From contig NC_043001.1 in the NCBI RefSeq assembly GCF_006345805.1, forward strand, positions 80,104,001-80,168,000: DNA of 64,000 nt, in the 5' to 3' direction. The notes below the pieces were generated by a model. It saw only the letters and a program-made list of their open reading frames with translations. It made no database searches and was not told the DNA's origin. Of the stretch, positions 1 to 12,582 are shown in pieces. The translations under genes and the position numbers were made by a program. Every line of letters begins with the position of its first letter. The first letter of the stretch is position 1. This DNA comes from Octopus sinensis. Taxonomy: Eukaryota.

Positions 1-76
1 AAGGGCTAGGAGAAATGCGGCTAAACATTTTGTCCAATGCGCTAACGAATCTGCCAGCTCACTGAATGATAATAAT

Positions 77-126
<50 letters not shown>

Positions 127-137
127 TGATGATGATA

Positions 138-172
<35 letters not shown>

Positions 173-177
173 AAAAT

Positions 178-370
178 TTTGCCAAAAGAGGAGCTTGGGG
201 GAGGGGTAAATTCGATTACATCGAACCCTGTATGTAACTGGTACTTATTAAATTACCCCGAAAGCATGAAAGGGAAAGTCGACCTCGTTGGTATTTGAAC
301 TCAAGTCGTAAAAAGCTAGAAATGTCGCTAAACATGTTGTCCAACGCGCTAACGAATCTGCCAGCTCAGC
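178..370 (-). mobile_element. tRNA-derived SINE (family B, MetaSINE-like central domain); a second head of the same family lies at 1-62
   Basis: Reverse complement carries a tRNA-like head (gagctggcagattcgttagcgcg) and the gagttcaaat..gaggtcgactttccctttcatgctttcggggt domain also seen at 2310-2370; 1-60 is near-identical to 314-370. Confidence 0.75.
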
Positions 371-739
371 AAATAATAATAATAATAACAACAGCAACAA
401 CAACAATAGCAATAATAATAATGATAATAATAATAATAATAATAACAATATTAATTATAGTTTTCGTTGGAGGAGTGATTTCCTCTTGTATCATATGTGT
501 TGTTGTTAAGCTTTGCTTTTGATTATATTTTTGTTTCATATATTTGGCCACCCCCATCCCCACCACTGTAACTACAGCCATCCCCTCCTCCTGCAAACCT
601 AAACTTTGATTGGATATTGTGGGGATTCTCACAACACTTGACAGCTATATTTCACTGCGGTGCATTGTTCGAGGCTTCCATTGCATTGTTATGGCTTCTT
701 ACCCGCTGGCAATGAGAATACACTTGTTTCTCTTATCCA

Positions 740-792
740 AATCTCATTCATCAAATGAAACAAAAACAATACACACAATCACCTACACACAC

Positions 793-861
<69 letters not shown>

Positions 862-1315
862 TAATACACAAGCCTCGACGCATATATATAAATCTTCACG
901 TACACACATATACACAAACCTACTAAGAAACACATACACACACAGCTTTACACACATATACATATATATATATATACACAGGACTTGATACATACATACA
1001 CCTCCACATACGTACATATACACAAACCTACTCACACACACACGGACACGCGCACACATCTTCAAGTACAAACACGTACACAAATCTACACACACATATA
1101 CACGTACACATTTACCTTCACATACATACGTACTGGCACACATACACATATACATATACACGTACACACAAATATGCAAACCTACATACACATAATTACA
1201 TTCATATACATACACACTCACACACAGACATATATTCACAAACATTTATACACACAAATACACGGAGCCGCACATACACGGACGCATACATACATACATA
1301 CATACATACATACAT

Positions 1316-1354
<39 letters not shown>

Positions 1355-1960
1355 TACATACATACATACATACATACTTACATACATACATACAGAGCTG
1401 CACATACTCATAGACTTACAGACATCCACACACACATACAAACTCATTCTAGCCACATATACTTGCACACACATGCATACACTCAGAAAACTACGCGCTC
1501 TTGCACACACACACACACACACACGCACACAGAACCTAACACATCCAAACACCTACACACACATATACAAACATACTCGCACTCACAAACGCACACATAT
1601 ATACACACCCTACCAGAAACCCCCCACACGCATGTACATACAGATCCACACAAACACATATAACTACACATGCACAAACTCACACTAGCCCCCATACACT
1701 TACACACACATACACTTACGCACACACACACATTCGCCTACACCACACACATTCAGACCCCAACAGTTGCACATCCAAACACCTACACACACACATATAC
1801 AAACATAGACGCACTCACGCATACATACTTATACACAACCTCTCAGGGAACCACACTCACATGTACACGTACACACATACACTTACACATATTCATTTAC
1901 CCACATGCATACACACCCTCACTCTCATTGACCACCACATGCACACATAAACACACAATT
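740..1960. repeat. Compound (CA)n/(TA)n/(TACA)n/(CAGA)n microsatellite; representative of dozens of such tracts across the window
   Basis: Directly visible; source of the HT/IY/CV-rich pseudo-ORFs. Confidence 0.95.
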
Positions 1961-2232
1961 AACATACGAAGAACACTAAATAAATGTTTGTATGATTTTC
2001 AAAAATGACTTTTTTTTTTAATTTTTATATTTTCAATTTTTTCGTATTGTTTTCTTTGCTCAAATATTTGCTTTAATGTTTATCGCAAATAAATTGTAAA
2101 TTTAATTTCTATAAAGGGCAGAGAGATGTAGGGTGAATGTGTAGTGGATTGAAAAGAGACATGATGTATAACTGGTACTTTATTTTAATAACACATTGAC
2201 GGTTATAAAGTAAGCATTACAAAGGAATGAAC

Positions 2233-2450
2233 GGGCTGGCGGCGAGCTGGCAGAAACGTGAGCACGCCGGGCGAAATGCTTAGCGTTATTTCGTCTGCCG
2301 TTACATTCTGTGTTCAAATTCCGCCGAGGTCGACTTTGCCTTTCATCCTTTCGTGGTCAATAAATTAAGTACCAGTTACATACTGGGATCGATCTAATCG
2401 AATGGTCCCACCTCCCCCAAAATTTCGGGCCTTGTCTCCTAGAGTAGAAA
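2233..2450 (+). mobile_element. tRNA-derived SINE family B
   Basis: ggcgagctggcagaaacgtgagcacg head, gttcaaattcc B-box, gtcgactttgcctttcatcctttcgtggtcaataaattaagtaccag domain. Related copies at about 24910-25040, 30680-30900, 31000-31145(-), 32460-32600 and 35910-36100. Confidence 0.8.
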
Positions 2451-2469
2451 AGATTACAAAGGAAGGATT

Positions 2470-3300
2470 TGTATCTCCTGTATACAAAAAGGGGGTGACT
2501 GAATACTGTAAGACATATCGTCTGGCATTCTACCTCTCCATCCGCTTCATCACTCTTGTTAAGAAACCATTTAGGAGCAGGGCTCTCTTATACACTGAAG
2601 ACCATGAAGTTGTTGTCGTTTCTTAATCCGAGTTGTTCTCGGCGGGATTGAAGCCAGAAGAAATATCATGAAACATTTCATCAGGCTCTCTAATACATTT
2701 GGCATCCAATTTTTTTTTCCGATCAGGACTTTGCCTGGAAATTCTTTTTGATTTTTTTTCTTTTCGTGCTCCTTAACTTCGTTCTCGGCCATGAGAAGGT
2801 TGAGAATTTCATTTTATTAGAAGTGCTTCATCACACACTCTTCACAGGAAGTAGATTTCTCTTCACTGGAGATGAGCTCCCATTCATACATGATGGATTC
2901 CTACTCATTTGTGCGTGTTTCTTCTTCACAATATTGTCATTATTGCTGTCGTTGTTGCTGTTGTCACGTGTAGGACGAAACCGGTTAGTGGCGGGGACCA
3001 TCATGAGGATCACCCGGAAGTTGTCCCTTTATCAAGAAAGAAATGACACAGCAAAGCTTGGAAGTGGACTAAATCTACCCTAACATCACGTAATACAATA
3101 TGTTCAGGTGATCACCTGAGTCACCTGGATCGGACAAGCTGTCTGGTGCCGAGTCAGCTTCACTGACTATATCATTCGCCCTTCAGATGATATCGGAACG
3201 AATTCACTCAACTGAAAAACGCGTATGTTATGGCCTTATGTGCTTCACCTTTAAAATTGACTATCCGTTTCTATCTCGGTATATGTCGCATAGAAGTACG
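2470..3300 (-). pseudogene. Heavily degraded piggyBac-like transposase remnant
   Basis: Minus-strand frames give, in the expected order, an acidic N-terminal stretch (DIVSEADSAPDSLSDPGDS), VMKHF**NEILNLLMAEN, MKCFMIFLL / SGFNP and NGFLTRVMKR. These resemble the piggyBac ELFxDDExIxLIV, KCFLGIxxLSGY and AMxRxRF blocks. Many stops and frameshifts; no TTAA termini found. Confidence 0.4.
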
Positions 3301-3726
3301 ATGTAACAATAAAAAGCATCAGGAATGATGTAGATCAGTTGCTATTGGTCAATTTAATATCGCAATATGACAGAATGGTTAAAACAGATATAACGAAAAG
3401 TGGTATATGATTAGGTTGCGTAATAAGGAATTTGCAAGTCTCAATAAAGGCTTAATAAAAGGGTAGAGAGGTAGACAAGAAATATGCCCAATGGAAGATA
3501 TTGACACAAAGGCCGTGAGATCAATGATTCCTCATAACTACATTTGTTGTTGTAAGAAGCTACTCATTTTTGAATGCTTGGAAGAACTGGAAAGAATAAG
3601 CAAAGACGAACGAAAAAGGAAAACGAAAATAATGACGATTAAGAGGAACTGCAAAGAAAAAAATCCCAGTTTTCGAACTATACTCCAGCTAGAGGTAGCA
3701 AGTACTTTTATGCCGAAGTGTAGACA

Positions 3727-3845
3727 CAGGCGCAGGTGCGGCTGTGAGGTAAGAAGATTGCTTCTCAACCGCATAGTTCCGGGTCATGTTCCAATGTGTG
3801 GGCTTTTGTGCTGCTATTGTGAGTGGATTTAGTAGACGGAAACTA
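3727..3845 (+). mobile_element. 5' half of SINE family A, degenerate
   Basis: aggcgcaggtgcggctgtgaggtaagaagattgctt...gtgagtggatttagtagacggaaact matches the head of the full copies (e.g. 58543-58973). Confidence 0.7.
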
Positions 3846-3877
3846 ACCCATTGTATATCTATCTAATTATCTATCTT

Positions 3878-3929
<52 letters not shown>

Positions 3930-3970
3930 ACTCTCTCTACACATACATACATACATACATACATACATGC

Positions 3971-4018
<48 letters not shown>

Positions 4019-4419
4019 TAGACTACCTGTGACCCATTGGATCACCGGGAAAGTCTGAGTTTCCCAGCAACGAAGTTTTGTTTCTTGTTTTTTTTTTCTT
4101 TTCCGGGTTATTTCGTATGCTTTCACTGAATGTGACATCGAAACCATAAGTGAACGGCTCCTTTCCCCAGGAAAGGAAAGTTTTGGCTTCTATTTCTTGC
4201 ACTCCTTGCTGCCACGTAACATGTATTTCGGGTCCTTTATCTCAAATAGCTGTTACGTAGTAGTAGGGCATGCTAGAAATAGCAGCCAAGTCTTTGGAAG
4301 TGAAATACGTTGAATGCACTCGAAAATACCCATGGAAAAAATATTTCATACCGAGCTTACAAACAGTTACCGTATTTTTAAAGTCATTTTCACTTTAAAA
4401 TACTTTTTAGATATGTCAA

Positions 4420-4700
4420 AAATAAAAAACATTTTGTAATGATATTCACTTGAAAATAATTTTGCAAACCATAAAAATATTGTCTGTTTAAGAAAGCTAA
4501 AATATAAACACTTATTGTACAAACAAGTTACATTTTTGAAATCACATTCACTTAAAAATATTTCTAAGTGATTAAAATATTGCCCTTAACAAAAGCGAAA
4601 ATAGAAACATTTCCTGTAAACAACAAATAGTATTTCTTCGTTGTCAAGTCACTGTGTCTTATCGAAAGGTTAGAATTTCTTCCCTTTCAGGATGAAGTTA
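4420..4700. repeat. AT-rich interspersed repeat (probable non-autonomous DNA element); homologous copy in opposite orientation at about 14745-14950
   Basis: attcacttgaaaataatttt, aaaatattgtctgtttaa, tttttgaaatcacattca and cttcgttgtcaagt..cgaaaggt all have reverse-complement counterparts, in the same order, in 14745-14950. Confidence 0.7.
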
Positions 4701-4742
4701 TTATATGCCTGTCTTCGTTTGTCATCCACCACCGCTGGGCAA

Positions 4743-5140
4743 TTTAATTATTTTGTCTGTAGCTATCTTGCATGCGTTGCTTATTTTCTCTCTTTTGTGT
4801 ATCTTAGGTATACCGTAGAATTGGCTGGTTTTACTTGTGAAATTGGTCATATAATCATATTCTTTGTCGGTGAGCCCTTCTTTGTATGGGTTTAACATGG
4901 ATTTTAGTTCCCTCATTATTTTTTGTTGACTGTAGTTTTGTGCCTTTTCATAGTATGTTGTGTCTTCCAGCATAGATAGTACCAAAGTTATGTAAAATGT
5001 CGTATCCATTAAGACAACAGCACTCCCTTTATCGGTCTCTTTGATTGTTATTGTTTTATCTTGTTTTAATTTGTTCAACTCAGCCCATTCTTTTTTGCTG
5101 AAGTTTGGTTTGTGTTTTTGTTTGTGCATATGTTGATATA
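4743..5140 (-). mobile_element. Inverted 5' segment of the Penelope-like ORF (region upstream of the RT core)
   Basis: Translates HKPNFSKKEWAELNKL..ITIKETDKGSAVVLMD..QFYGIPKIHK, typical of PLE pre-RT motifs (NLS..E..L..L, IKxADKG..VV, FYGLPKIHK). It ends in NACKIATDKIIK, which also starts the plus-strand part. Confidence 0.92.
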
Positions 5141-6741
5141 GCAACGCATGCAAGATAGCTACAGACAAAATAATTAAAGTCCCTAATCCTAATGACCTCA
5201 AATTGAGACCCATAATAGCAGGTCCCGCATGCGAAACCCACCGCCTCAGTAACTTTTTAGACATCCTGTTAAAACCACTCCTCAAATATGTCAAAAGCTA
5301 TATAAGGGACGACTTAGATATGCTCAATCACCTACCGAATACTATAAACAAAAACACCATACTGGTATCCTTCTATGTAGTCAACCTCTACTCCAATATC
5401 CCCCACAACCTAGGACTAGAGGCAATCCAATTCTAGCTAGAGAATCACGCCAACGAACTACCACATCGCATCAAAAAAGAATTCGTGATAGAAGGGGTTA
5501 AATTCATCCTGGAAAATAACTTCTTCGCCTTCAATGACAACTTCTACCGACAAAAATCGGTGACTGCGATGGGTACACGAATGGCCCCCTCCTTTGCCAA
5601 CCTAGTCATAGGATATCTAGAGATCAGTCTGTATCGTAAGGTTCTAGAAAGATATGGCAGCCCTTTCTCCATCTACATAGAAAACAACTGGAAGAAATAT
5701 CTAGATGACTGTTTCATTCTTTGGCATAAAAATATAGAAAAACTCATAGAATTCCAAGAAATTTTAAACGGACTGGACGTAAACATCCAATTCACGATGG
5801 AATATAGCCAGCAACAACTCCCCTTCCTCGATATCTTCATTAAGAAAACTAATAATGTAATAGGAACAGACATATATTATAAGCCTACAGATTCTAAGCA
5901 ATATCTTCCATTCAATTCATGCCACCCCAGACACACCAGGATGAATATCCCCTTCAATCTAGCAAAAAGGATATGCACTATAGTCTCTAATGCAAACACC
6001 AGAGACACACGACTACAAGAACTAAAAGATACCCTTATCACCAGGAACTATCCACCTTCACTTATTGACAAGTGCATTCAACTGAGACATCCCAAATCAA
6101 AGAAAAACTTACGACCAAAAGCCTTACCATACATCTCCACATACAACCCTCTCAATAACGAAGCCTTCGGCACCATCCTCCACAACATACCCCCCATAAA
6201 AAAAGACCACAGAATGAACACAATCCTCCAAACACACATGATCATAAAAAGCAAGAGACAGCCTAAATCTATGAAAAGTCTCCTAACACAAGCCCGAATT
6301 CACTCTTCAACACAGAAGCCGACAGTAAAAAAATGTGGAAGACCCAATTGCGGGATATGCGATTATCTAATTGAGGGATCAGAGTTCTCCTTCAAACAGG
6401 GACAACGGTTTACAGTGAAAAGCAACTTCACATGTGCTTCAGAGAACCTAATATACTCACTAACCTGCTCCGGGTGTCCAGAGCAGTACATAGGCCAAAC
6501 AAAAAATAGTTTGCGTAAAAGAATGGCCCTGCACAGATCCCAGATAAAAATTCCCCAAAACAGAAAAATAGCTTTCAGCCAACACATAGATACTTGCGCC
6601 AACAACAAAACACCAGGCTTCAGGATTTTCCCCCTCTACCAATTTAGGGACGATACAACCTCGAGACAACGAATAAGTAAAGAAACTCTCTTTATTACAA
6701 AATACAGGCCACTTCTTAACGGGTCTACGACAAACGATTAA
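5140..6741 (+). pseudogene. Penelope-like element reverse transcriptase + GIY-YIG endonuclease, one in-frame stop
   Basis: Single frame: LRPIIAG, SFYVVNLYSNIP (motif A Asp replaced by Tyr), TAMGTRMAPSFANL, KYLDD, LPFLD, YYKPT, CGRPNCGIC, IYSLTC..YIGQT, RPLLN. TAG at 5434-5436 is the only stop. Confidence 0.95.
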
Positions 6742-7455
6742 TATACCTCAACTTTAGAATAAAAGAAATACACACACAAATATTACATTCCAAAGAATCC
6801 ATTACAAATCAGCCCCAATCACAGCTATAATCCATAACATGCCAACTTCAAGTCATACAACACCTCACTACTTTCACCCATTCATATTCTCCCTTCTCTT
6901 TTTTCTTCTTCTTCCTCTTCTTCTTCATCATCATCATTATCATCATCATCGTCGTCATCATCATCACCATCATCATCATCTTCTTCTTCTCCTTCTCCTT
7001 CTCCTTCTTCTTCTTCTTCTTCTTCTTCTTCTTCTTCTCTTCATCATCATCATCATCATCATCAACATCGTCATCTTCTTCTTCTTCTTCTTCTTCTTCT
7101 TCTTCTTCTTCTTCTTCTCCACCTTCTACCTCTTAACTTTATCACTAATGCTTTTTAGTATAGCACCTACTCAAATTCCATAAACAAACCTTTCAATAGA
7201 AATATTCTCCTGAATTGAACTGGAACTGACCATTCAAAATACGACAATCAAGGCACTCCCAAATTTTTCCACCCCTTCTCCTCATCATCCTTCTTCTTCT
7301 TCTACCCTACCAAGAATTCACAACGACCTCGAACACACAAGTGCAAACAAGGGAGACAGAGAAAGGCAGAATGCCACTTATATTTGAACACTATACAAAT
7401 ATTCCTTTAAAAAAACTTTTCTTCTAATTTTTCTAAATTTAATTATTTAATCGTT

Positions 7456-7495
7456 ACAGTTGAAAAGGTCTCAAAATGACCGAAACCGGTACTGA
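7456..7495 (+). ncRNA. Degenerate minimal type I hammerhead ribozyme in the 3' terminal region of the Penelope copy
   Basis: cag-TTGAAAA-ggtc(tcaaaat)gacc-GAAA-ccgGTA-ctg. Stems I and II and the palindromic stem III (ACCGGT) are present; the core differs from CUGANGA at two positions. Confidence 0.6.
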
Positions 7496-7601
7496 AATGT
7501 TCTTTATAAAATTATTTTAGCATTTTCTATTTTGACTTCTTTTTTCATATATATCAACTCGTGTGTTCCTTTTCACCCTTATACATATATATATATACTT
7601 T

Positions 7602-7723
7602 TGTTAGTGTTCTCTTTCGTTGAACCAGTAGGATACGAGGAAGTAATCCAACCAACATCTGTTGTCAAGCGGATGGAACAAATTCAAACGCAAAGATACA
7701 TACATGTATACCAGATATATGTT

Positions 7724-7769
<46 letters not shown>

Positions 7770-7961
7770 CAAACATAGATCTGGTATATATGTATGTATA
7801 TATGTATGTATGTATGTATATATGTGTGTGTGCATGTTTGTGTTTGTGTATGTATGTTGTTATATATCTTTGCGTTTGAATTTGTTCCATCCGCTTGACA
7901 ACAGGTGTTGGTTGGGTTACTTCCTCGTATCCTACTGGTTCAACGAAAGAGACCCCTAACA
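7602..7961. repeat. Inverted repeat, 97-bp arms (7602-7698 / 7865-7961), derived from a diverged SINE-A 3' half
   Basis: Arms align with 4 mismatches; the spacer is TA/TATG microsatellite. Confidence 0.95.
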
Positions 7962-8764
7962 TAATTATTAGGCTCATAGAAAGAAAGAAATGCTGGGTTC
8001 GATTCGTTGGACAAAACATTTGAAAGGGGGTGCCCCAGCATGGCCTCATTCCAATGACTGAGACAAGTAAATGATAACAGATAAACACACACACACACGC
8101 ATTATATGAGCCTGAATTTCTTATTTCAAATTTATTTACTTATATATCTATTTATTTATTTATTTACAGCTTTTGTAATTATATTATTACTTCTGTTCCT
8201 TTGTGGAGGAGAAAAAAAAATATATTTTCAGTAAAAAATAAATAAATAAATAGAATTTTCAATAAGGTCATGCCGTATTTTTTACTGTTCCATCGTGTGC
8301 AACCTTCTGTCCCTTAGTTATGTGCAATATCGAGAAGAATTTAGTGGAGTGGAAATGGTGTATTCGTTAATTCTAATTTACTATATTATCGGGTTTGTTT
8401 CGTTGTTCCTTATGGTACCGTTTTCCCTTTATTCTTTTATTCCTTTTTTTTTATTCATTCTAGTTTTTATTGTAAGTAATAAGTATAGGGCTGATGAGAT
8501 AGAACGTACACTGTGTATAAGCAGTGTATATTATATTCGTTTGGATTCTGTGTAGTGTATGAGATGCCAGGCTTGTGTTATTGAATTCACAGTGACTTGC
8601 GCAGAATGAGCATTGAATAAAGGACATCGTGCTGACAATGTGGCTTGAATCAAGAGGAGCTTGCGTACAATGTGTATTAAATTAAAGTGGATCGCATAGA
8701 ATATTATCATTAACATTATCATATTATTATTTTTATAATTTTATCATTATCATTGTTATAATTG

Positions 8765-8823
<59 letters not shown>

Positions 8824-8860
8824 GTTGTTATTGTTATTATTATTATTATTATTGTTATTA

Positions 8861-8910
<50 letters not shown>

Positions 8911-9117
8911 GTTATTATTATTATTATTGGAATAGAACTTGCTTCAGCTGTACATATACTAAAATTTGGGAATATACAGAGAAGATTCTTCTTTTTCTTC
9001 CTCTTTTTCTGCTTCATCATCATCATCATCATCATCATCATCGTCTTCTTCTTCTTCTTCTTCTTCTTCTTCTTCTTCTTCTTCTTCTTCTTCTTCTTCT
9101 TCTTCTTCTTCTTCTTC

Positions 9118-9149
<32 letters not shown>

Positions 9150-9841
9150 CTTCTCTTCTTCTTCTTCTTCTTCTTCGTCCTCTTCCTCTTCTTTTTCTTC
9201 TTATTATTATTATCGTATCGTTATCAACATTCGCTATTAGTATTATTATCACTATCATTGTTGTAGGACCATGAAGCCATACGATGTGAAAACGGCGAAC
9301 GTGTATATGCGTGGTGGAAGGGTGCTTATGTGTAGCTTTCATTATATCAAGTTGTTTCGAAATGCCATCGGTTTAAGCAGTGCCTAGAGTATTCCAGAGG
9401 GTTTTAATAATACATAAGCTCAGTTAACCTTGAAGGGCACATTACATTTAGCTAAGCAACTGCCGCCGCCATTCACATCGTCAGCAATCAGTCATCCAGT
9501 CAGTTCGTCATCTCGCCGACAAAAATGATTCACAAAGCAAGGGAGAATCCATTTTGAATTCTCTCTTCTTTTTGTTTATTGTTTGTTTCTTTTTTAATAT
9601 ATATACATAAATAAATTAAAATATATACACTTATATGTATATATATATGCATATACATCTACATATATATATATGTATGTATGTATGTATGCATGTATGC
9701 ATATATATATATATATATTCCTTGACAATGGTGGACATTGCTCAGCAGAAAAGATTTCTCTTTCCATCTCTCACTCTACTCACTCTTCCATTCTCTTTCT
9801 GTCTTTCCTTCTCCTCCTCTGTCTCTCTCTCACTCTCTCAG

Positions 9842-9885
<44 letters not shown>

Positions 9886-9889
9886 CCTA

Positions 9890-9934
<45 letters not shown>

Positions 9935-10041
9935 ATATATATATATAGATATGATATACTCACATATATGAATATATGAATATATATATATATATATATG
10001 TGTGTATATATACTCACATATATTCATACGTGAATAAGCAC

Positions 10042-10091
<50 letters not shown>

Positions 10092-10185
10092 GTGCTTATT
10101 TACGTATGAATATATGTGAGTATATATACACACATATATACGCATATGTATATATATGCTTGTCTAAATACCTCTATATACATAC

Positions 10186-10253
<68 letters not shown>

Positions 10254-10499
10254 TTGTGTGTGACTGCACGCAACTACATAAACGTGTTATATGTTGTGTG
10301 TATATGCATATACGTAAATACACGTACACACTGTGGCTCCAAATGGCTTCGTTTCCCTCACTCTATCTATCTATTTAAATTTCAAATATATTATGTAATG
10401 ACTTCGATATAAATATCCATATACATATCAACATGTACATACGTACATACGTACATAGGTCCACATATGCACACATTTACATGCACGTGTATGTGTATG

Positions 10500-10760
10500 T
10501 GTGTAGGATCGCTACGTCGTGTATTCGATTCTCAAACCTAGAACTTTGTAGTCCTTGGGCAAAACCAATTTATTTCACGCTGCTCCTGTCTGCTTAGCTT
10601 ACAAATTGGTACCAACCGACTGCTGGTGCAACCTTCTTTCCTGAATGACCCACTGGGTCAAAACTGAGCGAGCTGAGAAGGTACCTATGTCCGCTTGAAG
10701 TTGCATAGGCACCTCAAACTAAGAACGAATGTACGATACATCTTGCCTAACTATAGCCGC
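10500..10760 (+). mobile_element. Degenerate tRNA-derived SINE
   Basis: ttcgattctc B-box-like motif followed by gtccttgggcaaaacc..tttatttcacgctgctcc, shared with family C copies. Confidence 0.5.
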
Positions 10761-10858
10761 TCTCTAATGACGGTTGTCTACACTGTACTGGACATAAGCG
10801 CATGTATGTATGCATGCACACAAACATACACACACATATGTATGTATGTATGTATAAT

Positions 10859-10891
<33 letters not shown>

Positions 10892-10963
10892 GATGAATGG
10901 ATGGTTGGATGGATGGATGGATGGATAGACAGAGAGACTGACCGACAGACAGGCAGACAGACT

Positions 10964-11007
<44 letters not shown>

Positions 11008-11008
11008 T

Positions 11009-11070
<62 letters not shown>

Positions 11071-11256
11071 GGGGTGATGGATGGATGGATAGACATACTG
11101 ACTGACTGACAGGCAGACAGATCAATCGATCGATAGATGGTTTGATAGATAAATAGGTAGAGGGAAGGATGGTTTGATGGATGGATGGATGGATTGGCAG
11201 ACAGACTGACCGATAGGCAGACCAACAGACTGATTGTTCGATCGATCAATAGATAT

Positions 11257-11320
<64 letters not shown>

Positions 11321-11324
<4 letters not shown>

Positions 11325-11830
11325 GTTTCTTTATTGGACACACAGGGCTGCACACAGATGGGAAAAGTTACAAGGTAGAGCTTTTCTTTTGGGGGATGAA
11401 AAAAAAAGGGGGGACCGTAGGTTTTCGATCAAGAGGGATCGTAAAAGGGAAGAAAAGAACAAAAACAAAAACAAAAAAAGATAGATATGGTTCAAAAGTG
11501 TACGAAAAGCAAAAGCGTACCAATAGCAAAAGTGTACAAATAACAAAAACATAAGACAGAGACAAGTGAGGGAACAACAAACTAGGTGTAGTAATTTGAA
11601 ACCCATGAAAAATGGAAGATTCTCTGAAGTATCCAATCTACGCTCTTCTATAGAAAGAAATAAGGGGAAAAAACAGTTAGAGAGAGGGGAAAAAGAAAGC
11701 GGAGAGAATAAAACGTGATTGGCGTAACGGTTGCACAGGCCGAACTGACCGGAAGGGAGGAAATGATTGAAGACATGGGCAGCGAGGGAGATAGCACTGG
11801 CATGGTTAAAGTGTATGTGGGCAAGCATAT
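11321..11830 (-). mobile_element. Probable 3' end of an L1/Tx1-like LINE abutting a (GATA)n array
   Basis: Minus strand is T-rich and UTR-like and ends ccAATAAAgaaact, running directly into (ATCT)n. Family assignment is inference. Confidence 0.45.
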
Positions 11831-12020
11831 GTGTGCATGTAAGGAGAGTGTTTGCGTGTGTATATGTGCGTCTGGGTGAGCACGTGTGTGAATAGGAAGA
11901 TTATGTTAGTGTGTATATATGTATATACATATATTTATATAAACATGCACGTACGTAAATGTATGTATAATTATGTGTATGTGTATATATATATATATAT
12001 GCACATATATATATATGTAA

Positions 12021-12053
<33 letters not shown>

Positions 12054-12080
12054 GATATATATATATATATAATATATATA

Positions 12081-12411
12081 TATAATATTAATTAGAGACA
12101 AAACCACTATTTTGCAAAACAAACAAGGAAAGACTTAATCAATACATAAGATTTAATAAAAAGTCAAAAAAACCGCCACTACAATTGTTTCTTGTCCTGA
12201 TCGACAATCTTCAGGTGGACTTCCAATTTTCAAGTCAGTTTCATAATTTAAAACTGACTTGAAAATTGGAAGTCCACCTGAAGATTGTCGATCAGGACAA
12301 GAAACAATTGTAGTGGCGGTTTTTTTGACTTTTATTAAAATCTTATGTATTGATTAAGTCTTTCCTTGTTTGTTTTGCAAAATAGTGGTTTTGTCTCTAA
12401 TTAATATTATA
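12081..12411. repeat. Near-perfect palindrome, 161-bp arms (12081-12241 / 12251-12411), 9-nt spacer; Penelope-type terminal repeat sequence
   Basis: Arms are reverse complements apart from one A-run shift. The right arm continues as unique sequence to about 12497, and both ends lie in (TA)n. Confidence 0.97.
12274..12316 (+). ncRNA. Intact minimal type I hammerhead ribozyme (mirror copy on the minus strand at about 12176-12218)
   Basis: ccac-CTGAAGA-ttgtc(gatcag)gacaa-GAAA-caattGTA-gtgg: canonical core, 4-bp stem I, 5-bp stem II, self-complementary stem III ACAATTGT, predicted cut after 12312. Confidence 0.88.
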
Positions 12412-12491
12412 TAATATTTTACTATAAAATTGGATTTAATCCTAAATATGATTTTTTCCCTGTAAATTTGGATTTATTTCCTAATATTTAT

Positions 12492-12543
<52 letters not shown>

Positions 12544-12582
12544 GTATGTATGTATGTATATACATGTGTATGTGTATATATA

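Noticed and set aside
4670-4745. Apparent splice acceptor ttccctttcAG followed by ATG
   Set aside because: It lies inside an interspersed repeat with a reverse-complement homologue at about 14745-14770 and runs into the Penelope junction.
8494-8560. CTGATGA followed by a hairpin (hammerhead candidate)
   Set aside because: No GAAA closing stem II and no stem III or cleavage triplet.
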